64,000 nucleotides of DNA from an uncultured Phycisphaerales bacterium (GTDB taxonomy: Bacteria > Planctomycetota > Phycisphaerae > Tepidisphaerales > Tepidisphaeraceae): positions 576,001 to 640,000 of the forward strand of contig CAWBWQ010000001.1 in assembly GCA_963792535.1 (NCBI GenBank). Reading direction: 5' to 3'. The number at the start of each line of letters is the position of its first letter. Position 1 is the stretch's first letter. The notes under the pieces are model-generated. The model did not search any database and was not told the DNA's origin. It worked only from the letters and a program-made list of their open reading frames with translations. This document shows, one piece after another, positions 54,977 through 64,000 of this stretch. The translations under genes were made by a program, and so were the position numbers.

Positions 54977-55687
54977 TTAGATTCCTCCGGACATCAACAT
55001 TTTAATCACCGGCACGCACGGTCCCATCAGGGTTGTGAAAATCCTGTCGCGTTCGGGCTGTGGGAGATCAGCGTCCATCACAAGCTGAAACTGAGCGGCA
55101 CCAAAAAAGCGTCGCTGGTAATCTTCGGCCGCCTGATCGACCGCTTTTATGTCCCGGCAAATCCCACCACCGGAAACGTGGTTGCAATCAGGCACGATCA
55201 GGAAGTTGTAGACAGCAGTCCGCGTGGATTCGGTCGCGGTGGTCTGCTGAAAGTGATATTCTGTCCCACTAATGGTCATTCCATTGACCTGCCAATCCCT
55301 GGGCATCGTGTATGTAAGTTCTTCCCCGCTGTTGCAGTAACAGTTAGGGGGATAATGCCCGCTCATGTCGCCGGCCTCTTTGCACTGGTCGACCAGCAAA
55401 CTTGCCCAGCGATCATAACCTCTGGGTCCGGTTGTGTCGCTATCGACGTATTTCCAGCAGGCAATGGCATTAGGACGAAGGATCGTCAGCGCTTCATGAG
55501 GGACTTTCTCGCGGGAAGCAGACCACGATCCAATATGGGTCGGGATGGACTCAATTGCGGTCTTGGCACGGCGGTGGTATCCCTCCGCGTCGGTTGGTGT
55601 GACGCGCGACGAGCTCTCAGCCACCATGCCAAACAGCAATGCGGCGCACGCCGCCGGGGCTATGAAGATGGTCCGATAATTAGTCAT
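54977..55687 (-). CDS. Exosortase-associated EpsI-family protein
   Basis: IPTHIGSW and HYPPNCY...GE; lies directly downstream of the exosortase. Confidence 0.75.
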   Translation of the reverse strand: MTNYRTIFIAPAACAALLFGMVAESSSRVTPTDAEGYHRRAKTAIESIPTHIGSWSASREKVPHEALTILRPNAIACWKYVDSDTTGPRGYDRWASLLVDQCKEAGDMSGHYPPNCYCNSGEELTYTMPRDWQVNGMTISGTEYHFQQTTATESTRTAVYNFLIVPDCNHVSGGGICRDIKAVDQAAEDYQRRFFGAAQFQLVMDADLPQPERDRIFTTLMGPCVPVIKMLMSGGI

Positions 55688-55833
55688 GCATTCAAAACAG
55701 ACAAACCGCGCGGAATCCACCGCACAATTCTCCTATCTCAATATCGAATCAGACAGCAGCGGGCATAAACTCAAAATGTCATTTGCGCACGGTCGAACGC
55801 AAAAAACGTCCAAATCCTGACTTAACACCCACA

Positions 55834-56712
55834 TTATCCCGCTAACGTAAACCGCATCACCGGTATCATAGCCCATTTCATGATTCGCAGGATGCTCAGA
55901 AGAATCAACAGCGCTACCAACAGCATCAACCACCCGCTGTAAAGGTGGAATCGATCCGCGGCGGAGGCAAAGCGAGGGCTACCGTAGATCCATACCGTTG
56001 GCAGAATGCGAATCAGGTTGCAGACGATCGCAGCAAGCGGACTGATCGCCAGAATCAGGAAGCGCACCCAGTTTCGTAACGGCAGGCTGAAACTGAAGGC
56101 ATAACCGACCAATATCAAACCGAAGACCATGCGGAGGCCGTTACATTTCTCAATAATGTCGATTGGTTTGCCATTATACCAGAGTTGATTTCCCGATCGG
56201 GCGACCTCTACGTTCATCGCATGAAACATCTGCTGCTCGATATGAGCTGTCCAGTTTTGCAGCGGGATCGCTAGGCGCAGCCGAACTTCCCCCGGAACGG
56301 GAATCAGAAACACAAGCACCGCAACTACCGGCAGGAATCGGAATATGGCGTGTTTGCCCAGCACCGAAACAACACAACCCAGCACCACCAGCACAGCGCC
56401 ACCGTGCAGGAACGTGCCAATGCCGCAATAAAACCCATAAGAACCCACCGCCCACCCAATCGCGACAATGATCGGGCCCAGCAGTGTGAATGTAGGTTTG
56501 CAATAACGAAACCGCACACGCCTGGCCCACAGCATCCACAGGGCTACCAGTGGAACCAGCAGGACGTGGTCGGCTTCTTCATCCGTCGTCGCAATATGGT
56601 AGATATCACGCCAGGCCGGCCAGGTAACGGCAACGCCCACCATCGCCATCACCACCGCGGCGGCAACATGCAGCGATGTCCATCGGTCTGTTCGGAGAAT
56701 ACGATGACTCAT
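55834..56712 (-). CDS. Exosortase (EpsH/archaeosortase family)
   Basis: Polytopic membrane protein with triad motifs EKCNGLR, NLIRI and FHLYSG. Confidence 0.9.
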   Translation of the reverse strand: MSHRILRTDRWTSLHVAAAVVMAMVGVAVTWPAWRDIYHIATTDEEADHVLLVPLVALWMLWARRVRFRYCKPTFTLLGPIIVAIGWAVGSYGFYCGIGTFLHGGAVLVVLGCVVSVLGKHAIFRFLPVVAVLVFLIPVPGEVRLRLAIPLQNWTAHIEQQMFHAMNVEVARSGNQLWYNGKPIDIIEKCNGLRMVFGLILVGYAFSFSLPLRNWVRFLILAISPLAAIVCNLIRILPTVWIYGSPRFASAADRFHLYSGWLMLLVALLILLSILRIMKWAMIPVMRFTLAG

Positions 56713-56810
56713 GATTTCCAGGCAGTGGAGATCGAATATCCGAGTCAAAAATACACCCTTTAGTGCGGTCGCAGACGCAGGTGGTTCGATATTCGTCGGC
56801 AAGACTCAGG

Positions 56811-57860
56811 CTATGCTGCTTTGCCTGACGCAATAGAACGTCGCCCGGTAGTCACCGGTTTCACAAATTCGTCCACGAGCACCCGATCTTTGCGGACCAG
56901 TCCGCTGGGGCAAACAAACGATCGAACCAGAACCGCACCGGACTCGACAACCGCGCCGCGAAGAACAACCGAGTCATGTACGCGTGCCGTGGGATCTACC
57001 ACCGCGCCTTCTTCGATGATACCGAACGACGGCTGCCAGTCTTCGGCAAGCGGATCGGCAAGGGTGCTCTTTCCAGCCCTTCGCATGTGGTAGTAGCGCA
57101 TTGCGGTGATGTAATCGGCAACCGACCGGATCGGCAAACCGGTGGGGCGTCTGCGGTGCAGAACCTCGACGGCATGTTTCTGCGCGATCAGGGGCATCGC
57201 CTGTTCCTTCATATCCACAAAACCAGTTTCGGGAATCATCGAAAGCGTTTTCACGCTCACCAGCATAATGCCGCTGGGAGTGCCGTCTCGGTGAGAAAGC
57301 AGGGAAACATCTCCGTTGCGCTGATTCATCATCGTCACGAGCGTTGCCAGCGGATCGAGCAGAATCTGGGCTGCATTGGCGACGAGGATCAGGTCATCGG
57401 GTTCGTATTTGAGCGCAAGGTCGCGAAGCACGCCGCCGGTGCCGCGATATTCCGATTGATCGCGTTCGACGCGGAAGGTGCCGTAATATTTAACAGCCGC
57501 GGAAATAGGCTCGGCGGAGTTTCGATCGACCATTACGCGGACGGGAAGCTTCTCCAGGCCGATGGCGCGTGCAAGATCGCTTGCATGGTTGAGCCAGTGA
57601 TTCAGCACGGACCCGTTCTCATCCAGCGGCAAATCGAGCAGCGATCGACCGATCGAAAGACTGAGCGGGGTCGGGCGAACATGACCTCCGAGCAGAATAA
57701 AAGCTTTAAGTCGAGACAGCGAGGCATCAGTCCCATTTGCAGGGGAACTGTTTGCCCGGCGGGCACGCTGAGCAAGGCGATCATTGCGGGGTGACGCAGC
57801 AACTGCGGAGGTGTGCGCTTCGGACGGAGCATTTTCAACAGGTTCGGTGTCCTGCGCCAC
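56811..57860 (-). CDS. Degenerate sugar-phosphate nucleotidyltransferase-like protein with short LbH tail
   Basis: KAFILLGG, RGTGGVLR and C-terminal hexapeptide repeats; the canonical GxGTRL/PK motifs are absent. Confidence 0.65.
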   Translation of the reverse strand: MAQDTEPVENAPSEAHTSAVAASPRNDRLAQRARRANSSPANGTDASLSRLKAFILLGGHVRPTPLSLSIGRSLLDLPLDENGSVLNHWLNHASDLARAIGLEKLPVRVMVDRNSAEPISAAVKYYGTFRVERDQSEYRGTGGVLRDLALKYEPDDLILVANAAQILLDPLATLVTMMNQRNGDVSLLSHRDGTPSGIMLVSVKTLSMIPETGFVDMKEQAMPLIAQKHAVEVLHRRRPTGLPIRSVADYITAMRYYHMRRAGKSTLADPLAEDWQPSFGIIEEGAVVDPTARVHDSVVLRGAVVESGAVLVRSFVCPSGLVRKDRVLVDEFVKPVTTGRRSIASGKAA

Positions 57861-58797
57861 ATCGCTGGTCAGTGCCGGCGCAACGGACCGCGACCCGGCC
57901 GAGCCGGGCGGGAATGCCTTTGATCAGCGACCGCGTGAAAAGCATGGCAGCGAAAGGCACACCGGAAACGATATACCGTTTGAACAATCGCCGTGGCTCC
58001 TGGCAAAGCCGATGAACCCATTCAATGCCGGCCCGCTGCATCCAAAGCGGAGCGCGCTTCACATGCCCGGTGAGGAAACTGAAACTGACACCCACACCGA
58101 GCCACCAGGCATTTTTCAGCGAAGGCTGCAATTTTGCGATCAGATGTTCCTGCTTGGGGGAACCGAGTGCGACAAAGACGATATCTGGATTGGCTTTGGT
58201 CAGGAGAGCAACTATTTCAGACATCTGCTTCGGCTTGCTTTCAAAGCCGATCTGCGGGCAATAGGTGCCGACAATATTGAGATCGGGATGGCGCTCGCGC
58301 AGGATTTTCGATGCGCCATCGGCCGTTCCCTCCGCGCCGCCCAGCAGGAAAACAGAACGTCCCTTGGCACTTGCGCCCTTGCTCAGGCTGGATATCAGAT
58401 TCGAGCCGGCAACCCGCTCAGGCAGCGGCGTTCTCTGGAGTTTGCTCGCCCAGACGAGCGGCATTCCATCGGCTACCACCAGATCGGCCTCGGCGACGAG
58501 AGAACCAAAAATGCGGTCGCGCACGCATCGGCGAATGTGATCCAGGTTGGGGGTGACTACAACACCTCCGCGTCCTGCGTCGATTTCATCGAGAATGAAT
58601 TCGACACATTGCGCTTCGGTAATTCGATGCAACTTCACATTGCAAAGCTCAATGGAAGGAAGCCGATTGCTCGTCTTGGTGCTGCTCCCGCGCCGCCGAC
58701 CGTTCATGTGAACGGTTTTGGAGGATAAAGCGGTAACCGCACCGGCATCGCTCCCGTCCTGGTGATCCCACGAAATATCGCCGTGCCGCAGATACAT
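57835..58797 (-). CDS. WecB/TagA/CpsF-family glycosyltransferase (start uncertain)
   Basis: VTPNLDH, ADGMP, ERVAGS, ALGSPKQE, RAPLWMQ, EWVHRL..EPRRL. Confidence 0.93.
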   Translation of the reverse strand: MYLRHGDISWDHQDGSDAGAVTALSSKTVHMNGRRRGSSTKTSNRLPSIELCNVKLHRITEAQCVEFILDEIDAGRGGVVVTPNLDHIRRCVRDRIFGSLVAEADLVVADGMPLVWASKLQRTPLPERVAGSNLISSLSKGASAKGRSVFLLGGAEGTADGASKILRERHPDLNIVGTYCPQIGFESKPKQMSEIVALLTKANPDIVFVALGSPKQEHLIAKLQPSLKNAWWLGVGVSFSFLTGHVKRAPLWMQRAGIEWVHRLCQEPRRLFKRYIVSGVPFAAMLFTRSLIKGIPARLGRVAVRCAGTDQRCGAGHRTC

Positions 58798-59129
58798 ACA
58801 ACCATCCCGACTGTTCGCAACCTGTTAAGCAATTTGTGCGGTGTAAGGCATCACCCTTTAACACTACGTGTATATTCTTATCGAATATCGGTCCAGACTG
58901 TCATCGGAAATAAAACGAGAACAGCGTTTCGGACCTTCTGCCGTGAATTCGAGAAACGAAACACGATAAAGCACAGGCAAGATCCTGGAGAAGGATCGGT
59001 TTCATGTCCGCAGACTATAAAGCAATGCGCCGAACTATGCAATGATAAAATAGGTAACGTAGCGAGGTCAGCCGCTAGGTCGGGTAATGCGGTTAAAAGT
59101 GATCGAGCAAGACTGAGCAGCCCGTCGAG

Positions 59130-60103
59130 TTAAGTAGAACTCAACTGTTTTTCCGAGCTCCATACTTTTGCCTGCTTGATGTTTAAAGCCTGGGTGGCAA
59201 GGTGTTTACCGCGCAAAAGGCACGCCCATTGATAGGATCTTAAGAACCGTCGGAATTTTGCGTCGCCGTAGCGGGGCCTGCGTTGGATCGCGCTGCGGAT
59301 ATATCCCCAGAGCATCGCAAGGCCTCCCCGAATCACGGGAGGGCGCGTCATCCGAAACAGTGCACTGGCGAACATGTATGTCGGGCCAGTTCCCATGAAA
59401 TACTGACCCACGCCATGTCGCACCCGACCGGTCCACCAGTTTTTATGGCTCGTTCCCATGGGACGAAGGTGTTCGAACTGCAGGTTCGGATCCTGCCAGC
59501 TGACGGCGATCCAGCCAAGCTGTCTGCAGCGGTGGCAGTCGATCCCGTCCCACATCAGCTCGCGAACAAAGCCGCCGATCTGCTGAAAGCATTCCGTGCG
59601 ATAAAACTTCACCATGCCCGACCGAGTTTTCATCGCCGCACATTTCACTGATGATTTTTCCGTCCTGCACGAAGAACGGTTTCCCGCTTGCCGTGCCGAT
59701 GCGCGGGTTTTCTTCCATCCGTTTCATCAATGAAGTGAAGTAGTTCTGAGGCAGATCCAGGTCGAGGTCCAGCTTGCAGACATAGTCGTAATCAGCAGGA
59801 TTCAGCGTGTCATAGCCGGTGTAAAAAGCGTCGATCACGCCGCCGCCGAGCTTGCGGTCGCCGCGGTCGGCGCGGGTTATCACCTTGATAAAGGGATACC
59901 GCTCGGCGTATTCAGCGAGGATCTTCGGTGTTTCATCTCCGAGATCCGTCATCCACAATCACCCAGATCGCCGGGCGCGTGTGCTGCGTCACAACGCTGT
60001 CGAGAGTGCGGCGGGCGTATTTTGCCTCGTCCCGGCAGGGGGTGACCAGGGCATATTTACGACTGGGAACCGCGGCCGAGGGATCGACCGGAGAATTGGA
60101 CAT
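59130..60103 (-). CDS. Glycosyltransferase family 2 (frameshifts near 59940 and 59620)
   Basis: LVTPCRDEA, VIVDDGS, KLDLD, KFYRTECFQQIGG, WDGID and HLRPMG, pieced across three frames. Confidence 0.82.
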
Positions 60104-61468
60104 TCCCAGCGTGCCGCGGCTGCGCCGCACGGTCTTTTCGAATGCTTCCTGCAATTTGGTCACGTTGGATGTCAGATCAAACTCCCTTTGCACCATGAGC
60201 CGGCCTGCCGCGATCAGCGATTTGCGCAGGCTCGAATCGGCGGTCAATTTATCCAATGCACTGACCCATTCAGCCGTGTTGTCCGAAGCCACCAGCAGGC
60301 CTGAAACACCCGGCACAACGAGTTCGCGTATCGCAGGCAGATCACCGCTGATAACCGGTACACCGCACGCCATGGCTTCCATCAGCGCGACCGGGATTCC
60401 ATCTCGGTCCCCGGATGAATCTGTTCGGCAAGCCAAAGCGAAAACATCTGCCGACTGCAGCAAATTTCGCACGCGGTCGTTATTCACCGCGCCCAGAAAT
60501 TCAACTTGTGAGGTGATATTCAACACCTGAGACAAGCGTTCAAGGGCCGCTCGTTCGGGGCCGTCACCCGCGATGGTCAGCTTCCACTGCAGGTTGGCAG
60601 GCTTCCATGCCGCCAGACCCTGCATCAGAAGATCGACACCCTTCTTTTCGACCAGTCGACAGACCGTCAACACATTGAACTGTGAATTATTTAGAGAATC
60701 TGGTCGTTCGGTCCACGACTTGGAATCAACTCCGCAGCGAATCACCGGATAAACTGCATTGTTGCCTGGAACGATCGACCGATAAAATTCCCGGTGCCAG
60801 TGGCTTATGCAGCAGACAAACGCCGCGCGCTCCAGTTTCAGTTTCAGCAAAGCGCGTCGCTGGAAGAGATCGTTGGCGTGACCCGTAAAACTGAACGATA
60901 TTTTCAGCTGCTGGGCTGCATACATTCCCACAGTTGTCGGCGCATGCGCGAAATGGCAATGGATGTGTGAGACGCCGTCTTCCAAAAGCTCGCGTGCAAG
61001 CCCGATTCCGACAATCGCCTGCGGCACAAGTCGAAGCCTGGCCCGCAATCCCATCTCCTCGCCGGGGAAAAGCGCGTCCTTCAATGCGGTTCCAAGCGTA
61101 CGCACCGTAGAAACAAACTGGTCGAGAAATTCCGATCCGAATGCATGCAGCGTGCGTTTCAAGTCGCGCCCGTAGACCAGGCGCGAGTCATAGCGAAGAT
61201 CTTCCAATTCTTCAGGCCGGGACTGCGGTTCGCGAAGACTGACCGCCGTAACCAACCAGCCACGACGGCGCAATTCCCTCACCTCGCGATACACAAATGT
61301 CTCGCTTGGCAGGGGAAAGACCGAAGCCAGATAAGCGATTCGAACCGGTCTTTGACACAGCAGATTGTTCAGGGAGATAAGCGGAGAAGACCCGGCGTTA
61401 ACAGACTCGGGGCGCGGAACCACAGCAAACGAAGGAAGAACCTCTATTTCAGAGCGTACGATGGACAT
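60104..61468 (-). CDS. Glycosyltransferase family 4 (WcaL-like); reads in frame into the downstream GT2
   Basis: SETFVYRE, HCHFA, GHAND, RLVEKKG, DGIPVALMEAMA. Confidence 0.88.
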
Positions 61469-61522
61469 TCAATACTTCTCACAGGTCATTTGCGATCAGG
61501 GAATTTTTGTTTCCCATCTCAA

Positions 61523-62559
61523 TTAGACGGCAGAACCTTTGTACTCGATGATACTCAAGTGCTCCCCACGCCGTTGTGCCGATCGGAATCGACGCATTCC
61601 CAGCCATTGTGGGAATTTCCCGACGGCGACGGACACCCCATAGCTTAGCGCATCAACGCGTGAGGTGCCGTCACGGCACCGGGTCCGCGCCACCTTTAAC
61701 GCTAACACAGGATATAGCAAAAGCGGCACCAGCCCCAAACCGCACCAGCGCGGCGCGACAGATGCGATACCTGCCGTCGCAACGATCGTTGCTGATATCG
61801 GGAGAATTGCCCATTTCGAAATGCTGCCGACTTCGCGCTGCCGAAACCGTTCCGGCGGTTCACCGTGCATGGCAAAGCCTTGTGCGTATGCGTGTCCTGC
61901 ACGCACATTTCGTTTCCACCATTGGTTAAAATGCGTCATTGCTGCATCGTGTAATGTCATTTCGCCCGCGATGCGATGAATGGTCCAGCCGGCGGCGCGA
62001 AGGCGAACGCACATCTCCGGCTCTTCACCGGCAATCACCGCGGCGTTGTAGCCTCCGATCTGCTCAAATGCGGTTGCCCGTATCAAAGCATCTCCACCAC
62101 AGGATCTGGCAATACCAACCGGTGTGTTCCATTCCATGTCGCAAAGCTTGTTGTAAACAGAAGCATCGGGAAACCGTTCGCGCCGCCTGCCGCAAACGAC
62201 TGCAGCGGTCGGGTTGCTCTGCAGTACCGCAGCAGCTTGAGAAATCCACCCCTCTCTTATTTCGCAATCACCATCTACAAACTGCACCGCCTCCAGGCTG
62301 GGCTCGATCTGCTTCAGCCGGGCAAAACCTTCATTCCGCAGCGTGCCGCAGTGAATGGGATCGACAGGTCGAGGTTCACCACCACCGCCCCGAGCTTCTC
62401 TCCAAGACCCGCCGATCCGTCGGTCGAGCCCGAATCGACATAAACCACCGCGCCGCAATCGCGCCGGGCAGACAAAAGCGACGCGCGCAGGCGTTCACCT
62501 TCATTGCGACCGATTGCCACAACGCCGATTACCACGTTGGATTCTCCAGGCGCAGCCAT
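61523..62559 (-). CDS. Glycosyltransferase family 2 (frameshift near 62345)
   Basis: IGRNEGERL, YVDSGSTDGS, QFVDGD, GEEPEMC, RAGHAYA. Confidence 0.88.
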
Positions 62560-62572
62560 GGGGTTTGGTGGA

Positions 62573-63091
62573 TCATCGCAATTCACGTGAAAGGTTTTTA
62601 GCCGGTATTCCCATTGCCAGCGCACCGGGGGGGACGTCTTTAACAACAACCGCGTTTGCTCCTATGGTTGCGTCATCCCCGATGTTCAGCAACCCGAGCA
62701 CCTTTGCCCCAGCGCCGACGTTCACGCGGTTGCCAAGCCTTGGCGCATCAGTGGGGCGATCGAGTGTTTTGTTTCCCAGCGTCACACCCTGGCGGATAAT
62801 ACAATCATCTCCAATGACGCATTGCCCGTGGATCACTATGCCGTGTTGGTGTTCGATCACAACCCTGCGGCCCAGCGAGGCGGTGTAGGGCAGTTCAATG
62901 CCGTACTGATTGCGGCATTTGCGATAGAGGTGGCGGTAAATCATGCTCAACGGCGCGCGGAGAATCTTGGGGTTCACCGTCATTCTCCAAACCCCAAACC
63001 GATGCGTGGCAATTGCGCGAAAGCCCGGTCGCGTCCAATCCCGCTTATGTGCGATCCAGTCTTCTTTAATCTGTTCGAATAGTTTCATCAT
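62573..63091 (-). CDS. Serine acetyltransferase-like hexapeptide acyltransferase
   Basis: GIELP, IIRQGVTLG, VGAGAKVLG, IGANAVVVKDVP. Confidence 0.9.
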   Translation of the reverse strand: MMKLFEQIKEDWIAHKRDWTRPGFRAIATHRFGVWRMTVNPKILRAPLSMIYRHLYRKCRNQYGIELPYTASLGRRVVIEHQHGIVIHGQCVIGDDCIIRQGVTLGNKTLDRPTDAPRLGNRVNVGAGAKVLGLLNIGDDATIGANAVVVKDVPPGALAMGIPAKNLSRELR

Positions 63092-63141
63092 GAATCAGAA
63101 ATGCTGAAGGGGAGTATCGCTTGCTTCGCAGTTCTTATTTG

Positions 63142-64000
63142 CTAAACAGAACAACCGCGGACAAACACGCTGTGTGCAACTGAATCTGTAAGCAGCTTCG
63201 GTGGATCGGTGTCTTCCTTGCGTTGAACCCAGCGGCGCAGCCTCCAGAGACTGTGCGCCAGAAGATACGCCGCATCGGCCAGCGCCGCATAAGACCAGCC
63301 GTGGTTTTTGACAAAGTACCGGCGGCGGGATTCAAACCAGTACGCCGGCCTTCGCTTACGGTGCTTTCGGCTGTCGCTCAACTGCGACACCGCGCCCACG
63401 AGATGCACCACGCGACTGGCCGGCACATACCAGCAGGGCCAACCCGCCCGGGCAGCGGCCAGGCAAAAATCAACCTCCTCGAAATACATGAAATACTTTT
63501 CATCGATCAAACCGGCGGCTTCAAATACTTCGCGCCGCACGATCATGCTTGCCCCGGCGACCCAGTCACACGGCTCCGCTCGATCGGTCACGGGTGGGGC
63601 CACCATCTTGTTTTTCAGTAGATTCGTAAAAAGTCCCATGCGGATTCCGCGCTCCAGCTCACCACCAATGGAATGGAAACGAAAGGCCGACCTTTGCGGT
63701 GTTCCATCGGGGTCTTCCAAACGCGAACCGGCGATGCCCACTTTCGGACAGCGTTCCATGAAGCCAAGCAGTTCGCTGATCGCGCCGGGGAGAACGATCG
63801 TGTCCGGATTCAGCAGCAGAACAAAATCGGGCTTATCGCTACCCGCCAGTGCCGGCCCGATGGCGGCGTTGTTCCCGTAGGCAAATCCGCCGTTTTTCGG
63901 TAACGGCAGGATCGTCAGCCACGGTTGGGACACGGTGCTGGCGTACTGCGCCAGCTTCTCGAGTGAATCATCCGGCGAAAGGTTGTCAGTAACAACAACC
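63142..64000 (-). CDS. Glycosyltransferase family 2 (5' end outside the window)
   Basis: NGGFAYGNN, LLNPD, WVAGA, YFMYFEEVDFC. Confidence 0.9.
   Translation of the reverse strand, partial: VVVTDNLSPDDSLEKLAQYASTVSQPWLTILPLPKNGGFAYGNNAAIGPALAGSDKPDFVLLLNPDTIVLPGAISELLGFMERCPKVGIAGSRLEDPDGTPQRSAFRFHSIGGELERGIRMGLFTNLLKNKMVAPPVTDRAEPCDWVAGASMIVRREVFEAAGLIDEKYFMYFEEVDFCLAAARAGWPCWYVPASRVVHLVGAVSQLSDSRKHRKRRPAYWFESRRRYFVKNHGWSYAALADAAYLLAHSLWRLRRWVQRKEDTDPPKLLTDSVAHSVFVRGCSV

Overview
This ~64 kb bacterial window is most likely from a planctomycete (Phycisphaerae-like). That is an inference from the ECF sigma/Ser-Thr kinase pairing, the prepilin/H-X9-DG protein, PEP-CTERM proteins with exosortase and heptamer intergenic hairpins. 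From left to right it holds: (1) 1-9760, a probable decayed genomic island at the 3' end of tRNA-Arg(ACG), with a broken tyrosine integrase, a kinase/ECF pair and redox genes; (2) housekeeping and carbohydrate genes (rplU, GH51, murG, SET protein, acetylxylan esterase, ECF/anti-sigma, MoxR); (3) 19854-23201, a molybdate/tungstate-type locus with a split ModE regulator, a near-consensus ModE box lying on a sigma70 promoter, and an unusual operon of a pilin-like H-X9-DG protein, a PEP-CTERM protein and a divergent TupA-like binding protein with no permease or ATPase (the best candidate for a novel system); (4) tRNA-Thr, tuf, rpmG, tRNA-Trp, secE and nusG, followed by a REP-flanked Y1 (RAYT-like) transposase instead of rplK; (5) glycosyltransferases, an unannotated 24-aa basic peptide, glgP, proC, a PEP-CTERM S8 protease, an HDAC-family protein, hslU, proA and prmC; (6) 46682-64000, an exosortase/EPS cluster. 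Many genes, including tuf, carry frameshifts that are probably sequencing errors. At least ten genes look leaderless. All calls come from motif recognition by eye; no database search was run.
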